Source: Cyanobacteria bacterium J06626_4 (GTDB lineage: Bacteria > Cyanobacteriota > Cyanobacteriia > Phormidesmidales > Phormidesmidaceae). From it: a DNA stretch of 53,326 nucleotides. Shown here piece after piece: positions 1-9,782 of the stretch. The DNA is taken from positions 1 through 53,326 of the forward strand of contig JBCBJQ010000030.1 in the NCBI GenBank assembly GCA_038523235.1. Direction: 5' to 3'. The notes beneath the pieces were generated by a model that made no database searches, was not told the origin of the DNA, and was given only the letters and a program-made list of their open reading frames with translations. Position numbers and translations under genes: made by a program. Numbering within the stretch: the first letter of the stretch is position 1; every line of letters begins with the position of its first letter.

Positions 1-95
1 GTAAGTGCTTAGAACTATCGCTAGCTCTAGCTTACAGAGATGGAACTTTTTCTCAATCTTTTAGTTGCACATCGCGTGATTAGGTAGTTTCAACC

Positions 96-590
96 ATGCA
101 GTTAGGGCGATCGCTACGATGGGCTTTGCCGCTCAGTGTTTTGAGTAGTTTGGGCACAGCGGCCCTCGCTACGACGATTGAACTCAGCGTGTTACCAACT
201 ACCGAAAATTCAGGCAACTGCCCCGCCTCGCTCATTGCTCACGAAACGCCGCAGCCCTACTTTGAAGGGGGCTTTGCCCGCGATGGCATGATCAAGCTGG
301 GGGAGGTCGCGACGCATATCCGAGTGCTGGAGTCGGATGTATTTAGTGCCACCTGGGTCGGCACGCTCAAACCCGAATATCGCAGCTGTGAGGGCTCCGC
401 GATCATCAACAGTATTGATGCGGTGACCTACGAAGGTCACTCCTACCTGGCAGTTCATTTCATCAATGGCCAGGCGCGCGCCACGTTGGATATGACCGGG
501 ATTCCCGATGCCAATGGCTTCACCTCTAGCCTGATATTCAATGGTCTGCGTCAGGGCAACCCGCGCTGGACTTGGGGCGGCACTGACTAA
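96..590 (+). CDS. Secreted hypothetical protein
   Basis: 164-aa ORF with signal peptide (..TAALA|TT), two Cys, ends GNPRWTWGGTD; no family recognised. Confidence 0.75.
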   Translation: MQLGRSLRWALPLSVLSSLGTAALATTIELSVLPTTENSGNCPASLIAHETPQPYFEGGFARDGMIKLGEVATHIRVLESDVFSATWVGTLKPEYRSCEGSAIINSIDAVTYEGHSYLAVHFINGQARATLDMTGIPDANGFTSSLIFNGLRQGNPRWTWGGTD

Positions 591-1462
591 GGCCGTTCGT
601 GTTGGCGGGAGCGGTCGGTTGACTTTTATGTGCCCCCCGTCAGCGCCGAGAATATCTGGCATCAGCAAAGCATGGCAGAACTTGCGCCAAGACGAGACTG
701 CGATCGCCCTGAATCGGTCAGGATGGACGTCAATGACTTTATCTCAAACCTGCAGCCATGATTTGCCCATTTTTATGGATTTATAGCTATGGGAAATCGC
801 AAAAATAGCTGATGCAATTTCACTATGCTTGAATCTATGAGGCCGCAATTTGACCCAGTTGAGGCTTATTAATAGCTGGTACTCGTGTGACATCAATTCT
901 CTGAAAAAAGACTATAAACTTACTGCTCCTGCTCCTGCCTTTCTGAAGCTGCCAAGATGATATCGGCAGTTCGGTTACTGATAATTAGCATGCGATATGA
1001 CTGGCGAATAAGACGCTAATCAAATGCACTAAAGATACGCTACTGACCCTGTCGAGTGAGAGATCTGCTGAGCTGTTAATCGATGTTAAGGGCACATCTT
1101 TCTCGTGAGGTCGCATCCAGAAACGCGATCGAGCCGCCACAGATAGTGATGATCTACTGCTGCAGGTCTTGCCCGGCCCTGAGAATGATTAGCCTCAATT
1201 TTCATGATCAATTGCCTCACCCGGCGATCGCTAGCTGCACCGACTAACGATTTGATCGCGATTCACGATGGAAGATTTTCCAGTGTGGGACTGAGCTTTG
1301 TGCGGCCCATATGAAAACCACGATAAAAAAACGTTTTGGCCTTAAAGCTGGGTGCCAAGACAATTTAGCGGCGATTATCCTGGATAATCGGCGGTTAATC
1401 GAGAATATGGCAGTCTACAGCTCATCCCTAAAATCCAGACGACCGTCTGGTTTGAAGTAAGT

Positions 1463-1498
1463 ATAAAAGATTGGCATGGGTCTAATAAAGACTTTTAT
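1463..1498 (+). promoter_or_regulatory. Putative tandem LysR-type operator
   Basis: ATA-AAAGATTGG-CAT (T-N11-A), 7 nt, then ATA-AAGACTTT-TAT; same layout at 7298 and 16325. Confidence 0.5.
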
Positions 1499-1524
1499 GG
1501 ATAGTGGCCTGGAATTATTGAAGT

Positions 1525-1540
1525 TGTATCTCTATTTACA
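1525..1540 (+). promoter_or_regulatory. NtcA-binding site
   Basis: TGTA-TCTCTATT-TACA matches GTA-N8-TAC, ~50 bp upstream of the ABC operon. Confidence 0.7.
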
Positions 1541-1587
1541 GTTGTCTTCTGGAAATGAAGGATTAATGAATGCCAACAGGCATTTAG

Positions 1588-3114
1588 GTGAATCGAAATA
1601 TGCATTATTTTCTGGGTTGGTCTAAGAAAAGAATTGCGACTGGTTTTCTGGCTTCATCTCTCTTTTTTGTAGGAGCTTGTTCGACGACTGAAGTGACTTC
1701 TGAAGGGGAAGAAGTTGCTGCTTCTGGCGGATCTGGAGAGGTGATTCGCATTGCGATCGGTACTCAAGATCAGGTGATTAATACCGCAGTGGGTGGGGCG
1801 GCAGTTCGAGAGTTAGAACTGTTAGAGAAACACCTGCCAACTGAAGGAAAATACGAAGGTGTCGAATACGATATTCAGTGGTCTAGCTACACATCTGGGC
1901 CGCCGATTACGAATAAAATGCTGGCTGACCAAATTGATATTGGTCTCATGGGTGACTTTCCGGCAGTCATCAATCTCATTAAGTTTCAACAAGAAGCGGA
2001 AGATGCCGATTCGATCTTTATTGGTACCTTAGCCTACAGTCCTAACGGTGCTGGTAATGCCGTTGTGGTGCCCAAAGATAGTGATGTCACTTCGTTGGCG
2101 GATCTCGAAGGGGGCACGGTCTCGGTTCCCTTTGGCTCAGCCGCTCATGGCATGGTGCTTAAGGCTTTGAGTGATGCCGGTATTGACCCCGAAACGGATG
2201 TCAATTTAATTAGTCAGGCTCCCGAGGTGGGGGGGGCGAGTCTGCGGACGGGCCAAATTGATGCGCACGCTGACTTTGTGCCCTTTGGTGAACTGTTTCC
2301 GTTCCGCGGCTTTGCCAAGAAGATTTTTGACGGAGCTCAAACGGGCGTGCCGACTCTGCACGGCATCACTGTGCGATCGGACTTTGCGGAAGAGCATCCC
2401 GAGATCGTGGTGGCCTATCTGAAGGCCATGCTCGAAGCCAACGAAACGTTCCAGGCCGATCCTGAAGGCGTTTCTGCTCAAATTGAGGAATGGTCTGGGA
2501 TTGATAAGGAAGTGGTCTACATGTTCTTAGGCCCTTCTGGACTGCAACCTCTGGATCCGACCATTGGTGAAGTGCAGGTCAATGCGCTGAAGAACAGCAT
2601 CGCGACGCTCACCAGCTTGGGCAAAATCGAAGATCCGGTCGACCCCGAAGAGGTCGTTAATTGGATTGACGAAAGCTTCCTGCTAACTGCGATGGAAGAG
2701 ATGGGGTTGAACTATGAGGATGTCATTGCCACTGCTGAGGCTTATCAAATTACGGGAGAAGATGCGCTGACGGGTGAAGCGATTGAAGATCCCAAGTTGG
2801 CGGCTCAGTTCTGGGTCCAGGGTGAAGAGACCGTGACGAACTTTGCATCCATTCCCAACATGGTGAAGGCGTTGACCGCCCTGCAAGCGGAAGGACAGGC
2901 AGCAGATGTCATGTTTGTGCACGATCGCAACAATGGCTGGAAGCTGTTTGCTGAAAACTCTTACTTTGTCAGCAATGGTGATGAAGTCTCTGCCTTTTTG
3001 TTGGAGTCTGATGCCCAGACCTTTGCGACGGAATCCGGCGGCACGATGACGGCTTTCAAAGGGCTGCAGGATATTTATGTCCAGCAGCAGCCCGCTCTCG
3101 TCGGCGCGCTGTAA
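1588..3114 (+). CDS. NitT/TauT-family ABC substrate-binding lipoprotein with C-terminal NosL-like extension
   Basis: Lipobox FVGA-C; SsuA/NrtA-like motifs (DIGLMGDFP, VPFGSAAHG, FAEEHPEIVVAYLKA); ~120-aa extra C-terminal domain. Confidence 0.9.
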   Translation: MNRNMHYFLGWSKKRIATGFLASSLFFVGACSTTEVTSEGEEVAASGGSGEVIRIAIGTQDQVINTAVGGAAVRELELLEKHLPTEGKYEGVEYDIQWSSYTSGPPITNKMLADQIDIGLMGDFPAVINLIKFQQEAEDADSIFIGTLAYSPNGAGNAVVVPKDSDVTSLADLEGGTVSVPFGSAAHGMVLKALSDAGIDPETDVNLISQAPEVGGASLRTGQIDAHADFVPFGELFPFRGFAKKIFDGAQTGVPTLHGITVRSDFAEEHPEIVVAYLKAMLEANETFQADPEGVSAQIEEWSGIDKEVVYMFLGPSGLQPLDPTIGEVQVNALKNSIATLTSLGKIEDPVDPEEVVNWIDESFLLTAMEEMGLNYEDVIATAEAYQITGEDALTGEAIEDPKLAAQFWVQGEETVTNFASIPNMVKALTALQAEGQAADVMFVHDRNNGWKLFAENSYFVSNGDEVSAFLLESDAQTFATESGGTMTAFKGLQDIYVQQQPALVGAL

Positions 3115-3279
3115 CAGGTCGCTGGGTGGTCGGTTGATCAGGGATTGACCGTCATTTTAGATCACTGGTTCAGCACGAAATGCCTCTCTGGGGAGGCATA
3201 CAAGACACAGAACTGGACTCCGTGATCTCGGTAAGGTGGCGGTCAACATCCCGATATTGATGATGTTGAGAGGAATTCC

Positions 3280-4134
3280 ATGGCAGTTACGGTATCGAAG
3301 CCAGTGTCAACCCGCTGGCTCGGTCGGATCGGAGAAGTCTTCAAGACCCTGGTTTGGGGCAATCGGCCTTTTCGGCGGGTGCTCGCCTTGATGATATTTT
3401 TTGGCGTGTGGCAGTTTCTCTGCGCGATTAATTTTGACTTCTTTATCAATTTTCAGCTGATTCCCTCCCCGTGGGAGGTGCTGCTCGCCACGATTGATTT
3501 TGTCACGAGCGACCCCTGGATTCACTTTCGCTCTAGCATTCAGCGAGTATTTTTTGGGTACTTAGCCGCCTCGGTGCTAGGCATCATCTTAGGCGTCTTA
3601 ATTGGTTGGTTCGAAGCGGTGGAAGATCTATTTCTCCCGCCGTTGGAGCTGCTCCGTCCGATTCCTGCTGTAGCCTGGATTCCCCTCGCGATTTTGATGT
3701 TTCCCAATGCCGAGAGTGGCATGGTTTACATCACCTTTATTGGGGCTTTTTTTCCGATGTTAATCAGCACCATTCGCGGGGTCGAAAGTACGCTCAGCGA
3801 TACCGTGCTGATTCGAGTGGGGCAATGTTTGGGGGCCAATTCCTGGCACATTTTCAAGGATATTGTGATTCCCGGTTCGATGCCGAGCATCGCGAGTGGT
3901 CTCACCATTGGCATGGGCAACGCCTGGTTTTGTTTGGTGACCGCTGAGATTTTGGCTGGGCGTTATGGCGTGGGCTATATCACCTGGGAGTCTTATGTGA
4001 CCTCTAACTACCCCCCGATTGTGATGGGCATGTTGCTGATTGGTCTGATGGGGGCGCTGAGTTCATGGGCGGTGGGTCGGGCCACCAATGCGCTGATGCC
4101 TTGGCGGGTGATCAATAAGCAGGGAGGGGTTTAG
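3280..4134 (+). CDS. NitT/TauT ABC permease
   Basis: Multiple TM helices, LRPIPAVAWIPL motif, EAA-like loop. Confidence 0.92.
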   Translation: MAVTVSKPVSTRWLGRIGEVFKTLVWGNRPFRRVLALMIFFGVWQFLCAINFDFFINFQLIPSPWEVLLATIDFVTSDPWIHFRSSIQRVFFGYLAASVLGIILGVLIGWFEAVEDLFLPPLELLRPIPAVAWIPLAILMFPNAESGMVYITFIGAFFPMLISTIRGVESTLSDTVLIRVGQCLGANSWHIFKDIVIPGSMPSIASGLTIGMGNAWFCLVTAEILAGRYGVGYITWESYVTSNYPPIVMGMLLIGLMGALSSWAVGRATNALMPWRVINKQGGV

Positions 4135-4141
4135 AAACGGT

Positions 4142-4975
4142 ATGGAAGACGTCATGGTGGCGATGCAGCGAACGGCAGAACGACAGACCCTGAAAGGGGC
4201 CGTACAGGTCGAAGGACTTTCGGTTGTCTATCGCCGCAAGAATTATGAAAACCGCGTGCTGGATTCGATTCAGCTATCTATACAGCCGGGTGAATTTGTT
4301 TGTTTGCTAGGGCCTTCGGGCTGTGGCAAGTCGACCCTGTTGAATGTGATTGCGGGCTTTTTAAAGCCCTCGGCTGGGTATGCGCTGGTGGATCAGATGC
4401 CCATTAGCCGACCGGGGGCCGATCGCGGTTTTGTCTTTCAGCAGTATTCACTGCTGCCGTGGAAGACGACGTTTCAAAATATTGAATTAGGGCTGAAAAT
4501 TCGCGGGATGCCGAAGGCGGAGCGCACAGAGCGAGTTAACGAGTACCTGAATCGGGTGGGGCTCTATAAACACCGCAGCAGTTATCCCCATCAACTTTCT
4601 GGCGGCATGCAGCAACGGGCAAGCATCATTCGGGCCTTGGTCAATTCGCCCTCGGTGCTGCTGATGGATGAGCCGTTTGCGGCGCTCGATGCCCAGACGC
4701 GCCATATGATGCAGGAAATGCTGCTCGGAATTTGGGATGACTTGAAGACGACGGTGATTTTCGTGACTCACGATATTGAAGAAGCGATTTTCTTGGGCGA
4801 TCGCATTTGCACCATGGGCGTTCATCCGGGTCGCATCAAGTCAGAAATCCCGATCGACTTGCCGCGACCGCGTCATTTTGATGACACCCTTTCTAAGGAG
4901 TTTCTGGCTCTGCATCGTCAGGTGTTTACCTGCATCCGCGAGGAAACGATGAAGAGTATGGAGGAAAGTTTGTAG
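4142..4975 (+). CDS. NitT/TauT ABC ATP-binding protein
   Basis: Walker A GPSGCGKS, LSGGMQQR, LLMDEPF, VTHD. Confidence 0.95.
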   Translation: MEDVMVAMQRTAERQTLKGAVQVEGLSVVYRRKNYENRVLDSIQLSIQPGEFVCLLGPSGCGKSTLLNVIAGFLKPSAGYALVDQMPISRPGADRGFVFQQYSLLPWKTTFQNIELGLKIRGMPKAERTERVNEYLNRVGLYKHRSSYPHQLSGGMQQRASIIRALVNSPSVLLMDEPFAALDAQTRHMMQEMLLGIWDDLKTTVIFVTHDIEEAIFLGDRICTMGVHPGRIKSEIPIDLPRPRHFDDTLSKEFLALHRQVFTCIREETMKSMEESL

Positions 4976-5041
4976 AGGGCTCGGAGAGCGTTTAAGCACC
5001 AAGTCTCTAAGCAGCAATGCCGTTGATCGCGAACTGCGGAT

Positions 5042-7063
5042 CTAGATTGACGCGAGCGCCTTTTCCAAAAATTCGGGCTGCATCCAACGGTCAAGATTGA
5101 TATTGCCAAGGTGTTCTTGGCCCGTAATTTGGCTCAGGTGGTCAATGTGAGACTGCAGCCAATCGGCCCGCAGCTGTGTTTCGGGATGATAAATCACGTC
5201 GGCTTGGTCGCTGGCGCTGGACTTCAAGGTCTTGGTGACGATGGCAGCGTCCATTTTGACCCAGCGGCTTACCAAGTCAGTCGCGATGGCGTGGTGGGTG
5301 TACCAATATTGAGCCGCGAGGAGCGCTTTGAGATAAGCGACCGCAATTTCTGGGTATTGCTCAGCAAAATCGTCCCGAATCACCACACCGTGAAACGTAG
5401 GTAAACCGTCCAGATTTTCCGGCAGTAAGCGGCGGAAATGCCCTTTATGGCGGGCGATTTCGTGAAAGGGGGCAAAGTAGGCATAGCCATCCACCAGGGA
5501 GGATGCTTTGGTGAGCCGCTGCGTGTTGAAGTTGTCGATCGAGATTAGCTGGACGCTTTGTAAGAGCTGACGATGGTGCAGCGATCGCATCACCATGCCA
5601 TGGGCCGCCGAACCAAAGGGCACCGCGATCTTGCGACCATCCAGATCTTCCATACAGTGCAGCTGTGATTGTCGCGGCACAATAATGTCATTGCCAGTGC
5701 CATCCGGGCTGCTCGCCACAAAGCTGATCAGGCGGGTATTGGCCGTCGTTTTACTGCGGCTAGAGAGGGCGCTGAGTAAGAGCGGGTAATCGCCCAAGAT
5801 CCCAATGTCGATCTGCTTATGCTCCAGACCCGCCACAATGGGTGCACCAGAACTGTAGTTTGACCAGCTGATCTGATACTGGGTGCCGCTGTAGCGTCCC
5901 TCACGGGGCAGAAAATGTTCCAACAAGCCTAACCGTTGAATGATCAGCCCAGCAGTAGTGGTTTGAATCGTTTGGTTTTGCGTGCCGATGGTGATAAGGA
6001 GGGTTTCAGCCGGCTTGACCGCACTGGGTCGCACCATGAAGTTGGGTGCTTGAAATCGCGGTCCCTGCTGAGGTTTATCGGTATGGCCAGACAGGTGAGG
6101 CTTGGTCGGAATGGGCGTTTCCAATCGCGATCGCTGCAGTAGCGTGATGAACTGCTGAATCGGCTCTAGGGCTTGCTTACCCCGAAAAGGTTGCTGGTCG
6201 GCAGCGCACAGGGCGCGATTAAGCCGCTTCGACATGAGCAGAAATAACGGCGTGCCCAAGGCAAACTCTTCAAGGGGCACCGTTCGGATCAGACCGGCCT
6301 GCTGCTCCATCTGAAAGTCGAGGTCAGAGGCAAAGGTGACGTAGTGCCCCTGCAGTAAATAGGTGCGGATTAAACTCGGGGTATCCACAATTTCGACATG
6401 GGCCAAATCTAATAGACTCAGCCCTAATTCTCGCAGTCGTTTTTGCAGAATAATCCGGCTGGGAAACCCTTCTGGTAATAACACCCAGGGCTGTTCAGTC
6501 AGCGCTTGCAAACTCAGCCAAGACTGCTGGGCTAAATGATGGCTTTGAGAGACTGCCAGCCCATAATAAATAGTATTAATTGCGGTGGCTGAAATTTCGT
6601 CAAAGGCTGAAAAATCGAGATCGGAAAGCCCGAGATCGGCGTCGCCACTCTTGATGGCTCGATAGAGTGCTTCGCTCGTATTGAACTGCTGACAGCTCGT
6701 TTTTATGTCTGGACAAAGGCGACGATAGTCATACAGTTTGCTAGGCAGCCAATCATTAGCAACATTTGCCATACAGCCTACGGTTAAGCTGCTGAATTTA
6801 CCCTGTTTAATGTCTTCAATTTCGGCAACGAGTCGAGCTTCTAGCTCAACTAGCTGAGACCCTTCTTCCAATAAATATGCGCCCGCCTGTGTCAGCTCGA
6901 TCCGGCGTCCCAACCGTTGAAAAAGGGAGGTCCCCAATGCCGTTTCGAGGGACTTGATTTTAGCGCTAACAGCCGGTTGAGTCAGACTCAGGGTATCGGC
7001 AGCTTCCGTAAAACTGAGACAGCGGGCAACTTCTAAGAAAACTTTGAGTTGATAAATTTCCAC
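5042..7063 (-). CDS. LysR-family regulator fused to a NitT/TauT substrate-binding domain
   Basis: N-terminal LysR HTH (SFTEAADTLSLTQPAVSAKIKSLE) and effector domain; C-terminal ~320 aa paralogous to 1588..3114. Confidence 0.9.
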   Translation of the reverse strand: MEIYQLKVFLEVARCLSFTEAADTLSLTQPAVSAKIKSLETALGTSLFQRLGRRIELTQAGAYLLEEGSQLVELEARLVAEIEDIKQGKFSSLTVGCMANVANDWLPSKLYDYRRLCPDIKTSCQQFNTSEALYRAIKSGDADLGLSDLDFSAFDEISATAINTIYYGLAVSQSHHLAQQSWLSLQALTEQPWVLLPEGFPSRIILQKRLRELGLSLLDLAHVEIVDTPSLIRTYLLQGHYVTFASDLDFQMEQQAGLIRTVPLEEFALGTPLFLLMSKRLNRALCAADQQPFRGKQALEPIQQFITLLQRSRLETPIPTKPHLSGHTDKPQQGPRFQAPNFMVRPSAVKPAETLLITIGTQNQTIQTTTAGLIIQRLGLLEHFLPREGRYSGTQYQISWSNYSSGAPIVAGLEHKQIDIGILGDYPLLLSALSSRSKTTANTRLISFVASSPDGTGNDIIVPRQSQLHCMEDLDGRKIAVPFGSAAHGMVMRSLHHRQLLQSVQLISIDNFNTQRLTKASSLVDGYAYFAPFHEIARHKGHFRRLLPENLDGLPTFHGVVIRDDFAEQYPEIAVAYLKALLAAQYWYTHHAIATDLVSRWVKMDAAIVTKTLKSSASDQADVIYHPETQLRADWLQSHIDHLSQITGQEHLGNINLDRWMQPEFLEKALASI

Positions 7064-7297
7064 TCTGAAAAAGCCTCATGGGACTGCAGGCAGCATTCAA
7101 AATAGTGAGCCTATTTCATCTGGATGTAGAGGCAAAAAAGGACAATAGATCTGCATTTGTGCCAAAAACAAAGCTGCCCGATTGATGAATGCCTAAGTGA
7201 CTGAGACTCTTTGACCTGTTGACTCTGCTGGTTAAGTCAGAATGATTGCCTGATTTGTGCGCAGATCAAATACCATCTTCGCACAATTGGTTTTGCC

Positions 7298-7333
7298 ATA
7301 TGAATTATTTATGAGTGTATAGAAACCTTTGAT
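7298..7333. promoter_or_regulatory. Putative tandem LysR-type operator
   Basis: ATA-TGAATTATT-TAT, 6 nt, ATA-GAAACCTTT-GAT in the divergent lysR/flavoprotein spacer. Confidence 0.55.
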
Positions 7334-7356
7334 TGATGAACCGTAACCAGTGTTAC
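7314..7356 (-). promoter_or_regulatory. NtcA-activated-type promoter for the lysR fusion gene
   Basis: GTA-ACCAGTGT-TAC at 7343-7356; on the minus strand TACACT (TAN3T, 7319-7314) follows after 23 nt. Confidence 0.6.
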
Positions 7357-7572
7357 AAACCGCATTGATGAGGGCTCTGAAGTTCCCTTAAGATGCTGCC
7401 AAGGTATTAGAAATCAGCTAGATTTTTAGCCATTCTTTTTGACTCTTGACAGTCGTTTCAACATAATTCTGTCCCAGGCCAGAGACAGCTTTTTGCTCTC
7501 AGGAGAAGCTGGAAACCTAATGCTGAGTTGGGACAGCAATCTCACTGCCGTTTAAGTTGAGGACGTGACTAG

Positions 7573-9276
7573 GTGAATATTCAGTATTTGCAGACTGATT
7601 TTTTGGTGGTGGGGGGTGGCACTGCCGGTACGATGGCGGCCATTAAGGCCAAGCAGGCCAGCCCCGAAAGCGACATCTTGATTCTCGAAAAGGCCAATAT
7701 CCGCCGCAGTGGCGCGATCGCCATGGGGATGGACGGGGTCAACACCGCTGTCATTCCCGGCAACTCCACTCCAGAACAATATGTGCGAGAAATTACCATC
7801 GCTAACGATGGTATCGTCCACCAAAAAGCCGTCTATGAAACCGGGCGGCTTGGCTTTGAGGTGATTCAGGAGCTAGAGAGCTGGGGGGTCAAGTTTCAGA
7901 AAGACCACGAAGGTAACTACGACCTGAAACAGGTGCACCGGGTGGGCAAGTACGTGTTGCCCATGCCTGAAGGCAAAGACCTGAAGAAAATTCTGGCCCG
8001 TCAGGTCAAGCGTCATAAGGTGAGAGTCACGAATCGCGTGATGGCGACCCGCGTGATGGTGCAAGATGGTCGGGTCACCGGTGCCGTCGGGCTGGACGTG
8101 CGGAGTGGTGACTTTGTCGTGATTCAGGCCAAAGCTGTCGTGCTCTGCACTGGCGCCTGTGGTCGCCTCGGTCTACCGGCTTCTGGGTACCTGTACGGTA
8201 CCTACGAGAATCCCACCAATGCGGGCGATGGCTACTCCATGGCCTATCACGCCGGGGCGGAGCTGACCAACATTGAGTGCTTCCAGATTAATCCGCTGAT
8301 TAAAGACTACAACGGCCCAGCCTGCGCCTATGTGGCGAGTCCCTTTGGGGCTTACACGGCCAATGCCGAGGGCCACCGCTTCATTAGCTGCGACTACTGG
8401 AGCGGTCAGATGATGCTAGAGGTTTACAAAGAGCTGAACTCTGGCAAAGGCCCCGTGCATCTCAAGATGTACCACCTGGATGACGACACCATTAACGAGA
8501 TTGAGACAATCCTCTGGGCGAACGAGCGGCCCAGTCGAGGCCGTTTCCATGAGGGTCGGGGCGAAGACTACCGCACTCACGGCGTCGAGATGAATATCTC
8601 GGAAATCGGCCTTTGCAGCGGCCACAGTGCCTCTGGCGTCTGGGTCAACGAGCGGGCCGAAACCACGGTGCCGGGTCTTTATGCCGCCGGTGATATGGCC
8701 AGCGTGCCCCACAACTATATGATTGGGGCCTTTGTCTATGGCCGCATTGCGGGCGAAAACGCCATGGACTACCTGCAGGGTTTAGAGCACGTCGAACCCG
8801 ACGCCGACTTCCTCAAGGCTGAGCAGGAACGGATTTATCAGCCGTTGAATCAGGCCAACGGCGTGCCCCACACTCAGGTGGAATACAAGCTCCGTCGCTT
8901 AGTCAACGACTACCTGCAGCCGCCCAAGTCGCCCACCAAGATGGACATCGGCTTGCAAAAGTTTGTCGCCTACGAAGACACCCTCGACATTATGGGAGCC
9001 AGCGACCCCCACGAACTGATGCGCTGTATGGAAGTGCACTTCATTCGGGACTGTGCTGAGATGGCGGCTCGGGCCTCCCTCTATCGCAAAGAAACGCGCT
9101 GGGGTCTATACCACTATCGGCTCGACTATCCCGAGAAGAACAACGACGAATGGTTCTGCCATGTCAATTTGAAAAAAAGTGAAAGCGGCCACATGGAGCT
9201 GTTTAAGCGGGCAGTCGAACCCTACATCGTCGATGTGAATCTAGAAAACGAAGTTTACGACGTGGCGGTGCGTTAG
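7573..9276 (+). CDS. Fumarate reductase/SDH-family flavoprotein, APS reductase alpha (AprA/AsfA)-like
   Basis: FAD motif VVGGGTAG; RSGAIAMG; GHSASGVWV; GLYAAGD; C-terminal ETRWGLYHYRLDYP. Confidence 0.88.
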   Translation: MNIQYLQTDFLVVGGGTAGTMAAIKAKQASPESDILILEKANIRRSGAIAMGMDGVNTAVIPGNSTPEQYVREITIANDGIVHQKAVYETGRLGFEVIQELESWGVKFQKDHEGNYDLKQVHRVGKYVLPMPEGKDLKKILARQVKRHKVRVTNRVMATRVMVQDGRVTGAVGLDVRSGDFVVIQAKAVVLCTGACGRLGLPASGYLYGTYENPTNAGDGYSMAYHAGAELTNIECFQINPLIKDYNGPACAYVASPFGAYTANAEGHRFISCDYWSGQMMLEVYKELNSGKGPVHLKMYHLDDDTINEIETILWANERPSRGRFHEGRGEDYRTHGVEMNISEIGLCSGHSASGVWVNERAETTVPGLYAAGDMASVPHNYMIGAFVYGRIAGENAMDYLQGLEHVEPDADFLKAEQERIYQPLNQANGVPHTQVEYKLRRLVNDYLQPPKSPTKMDIGLQKFVAYEDTLDIMGASDPHELMRCMEVHFIRDCAEMAARASLYRKETRWGLYHYRLDYPEKNNDEWFCHVNLKKSESGHMELFKRAVEPYIVDVNLENEVYDVAVR

Positions 9277-9390
9277 CCCGGCACCATGACGGCCTGCTGG
9301 CGGCATCGCGATTGCGCCCGCCATGGCGGTAACGACGCCGCCAACGGTTCCTTGCTCTCTGAGCCTAACCCCTTACTGAAAGAAAACCCA

Positions 9391-9618
9391 ATGGCACTTA
9401 CCAACCAGCGTGTGGATGTCCCTGTAATTGTGGACGAATCGAAATGTTTAGAAAAATGTGTGGCCTGCATTGAGGTTTGTCCCCTCGATGTGTTGGTGAA
9501 AAACCCCGAAACCGGCAAAGCCTATATGAAATACGACGAATGCTGGTTTTGTCTGCCTTGCGAAAAGGAATGCCCTACCAACGCGATTACGGTACAGATT
9601 CCGTTCTTGCTGCGATAG
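9391..9618 (+). CDS. 2x[4Fe-4S] ferredoxin (AprB-like)
   Basis: CLEKCVACIEVCP and ECWFCLPCEKECP; ATG at 9391 preferred to the 9286 extension. Confidence 0.92.
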   Translation: MALTNQRVDVPVIVDESKCLEKCVACIEVCPLDVLVKNPETGKAYMKYDECWFCLPCEKECPTNAITVQIPFLLR

Positions 9619-9782
9619 CGGGTGGCTGGGTCGGCGGGTACCGGGTACCGGGCACTGAAGAGTCGGGTTTGCCTGAAGTCCAACGCCTAATATCTAACCC
9701 CTAACTCTGCTTCCCGCCTCCATCCTGCTACTTGTCTCCTTCTCTGCTGCTCCCCCTTGCTGTCATGAGGAAATCCTCAATC

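Noticed and set aside
1588..4975. nrtABCD, cmpABCD or cynABD assignment
   Set aside because: Family-level similarity only; no NrtC-type subunit and no nir, nar or cynS nearby
7573..9276. Calling the flavoprotein sdhA, frdA or nadB
   Set aside because: It lacks the covalent-FAD SHT..AQGG and HPT motifs and has no SdhB or anchor genes
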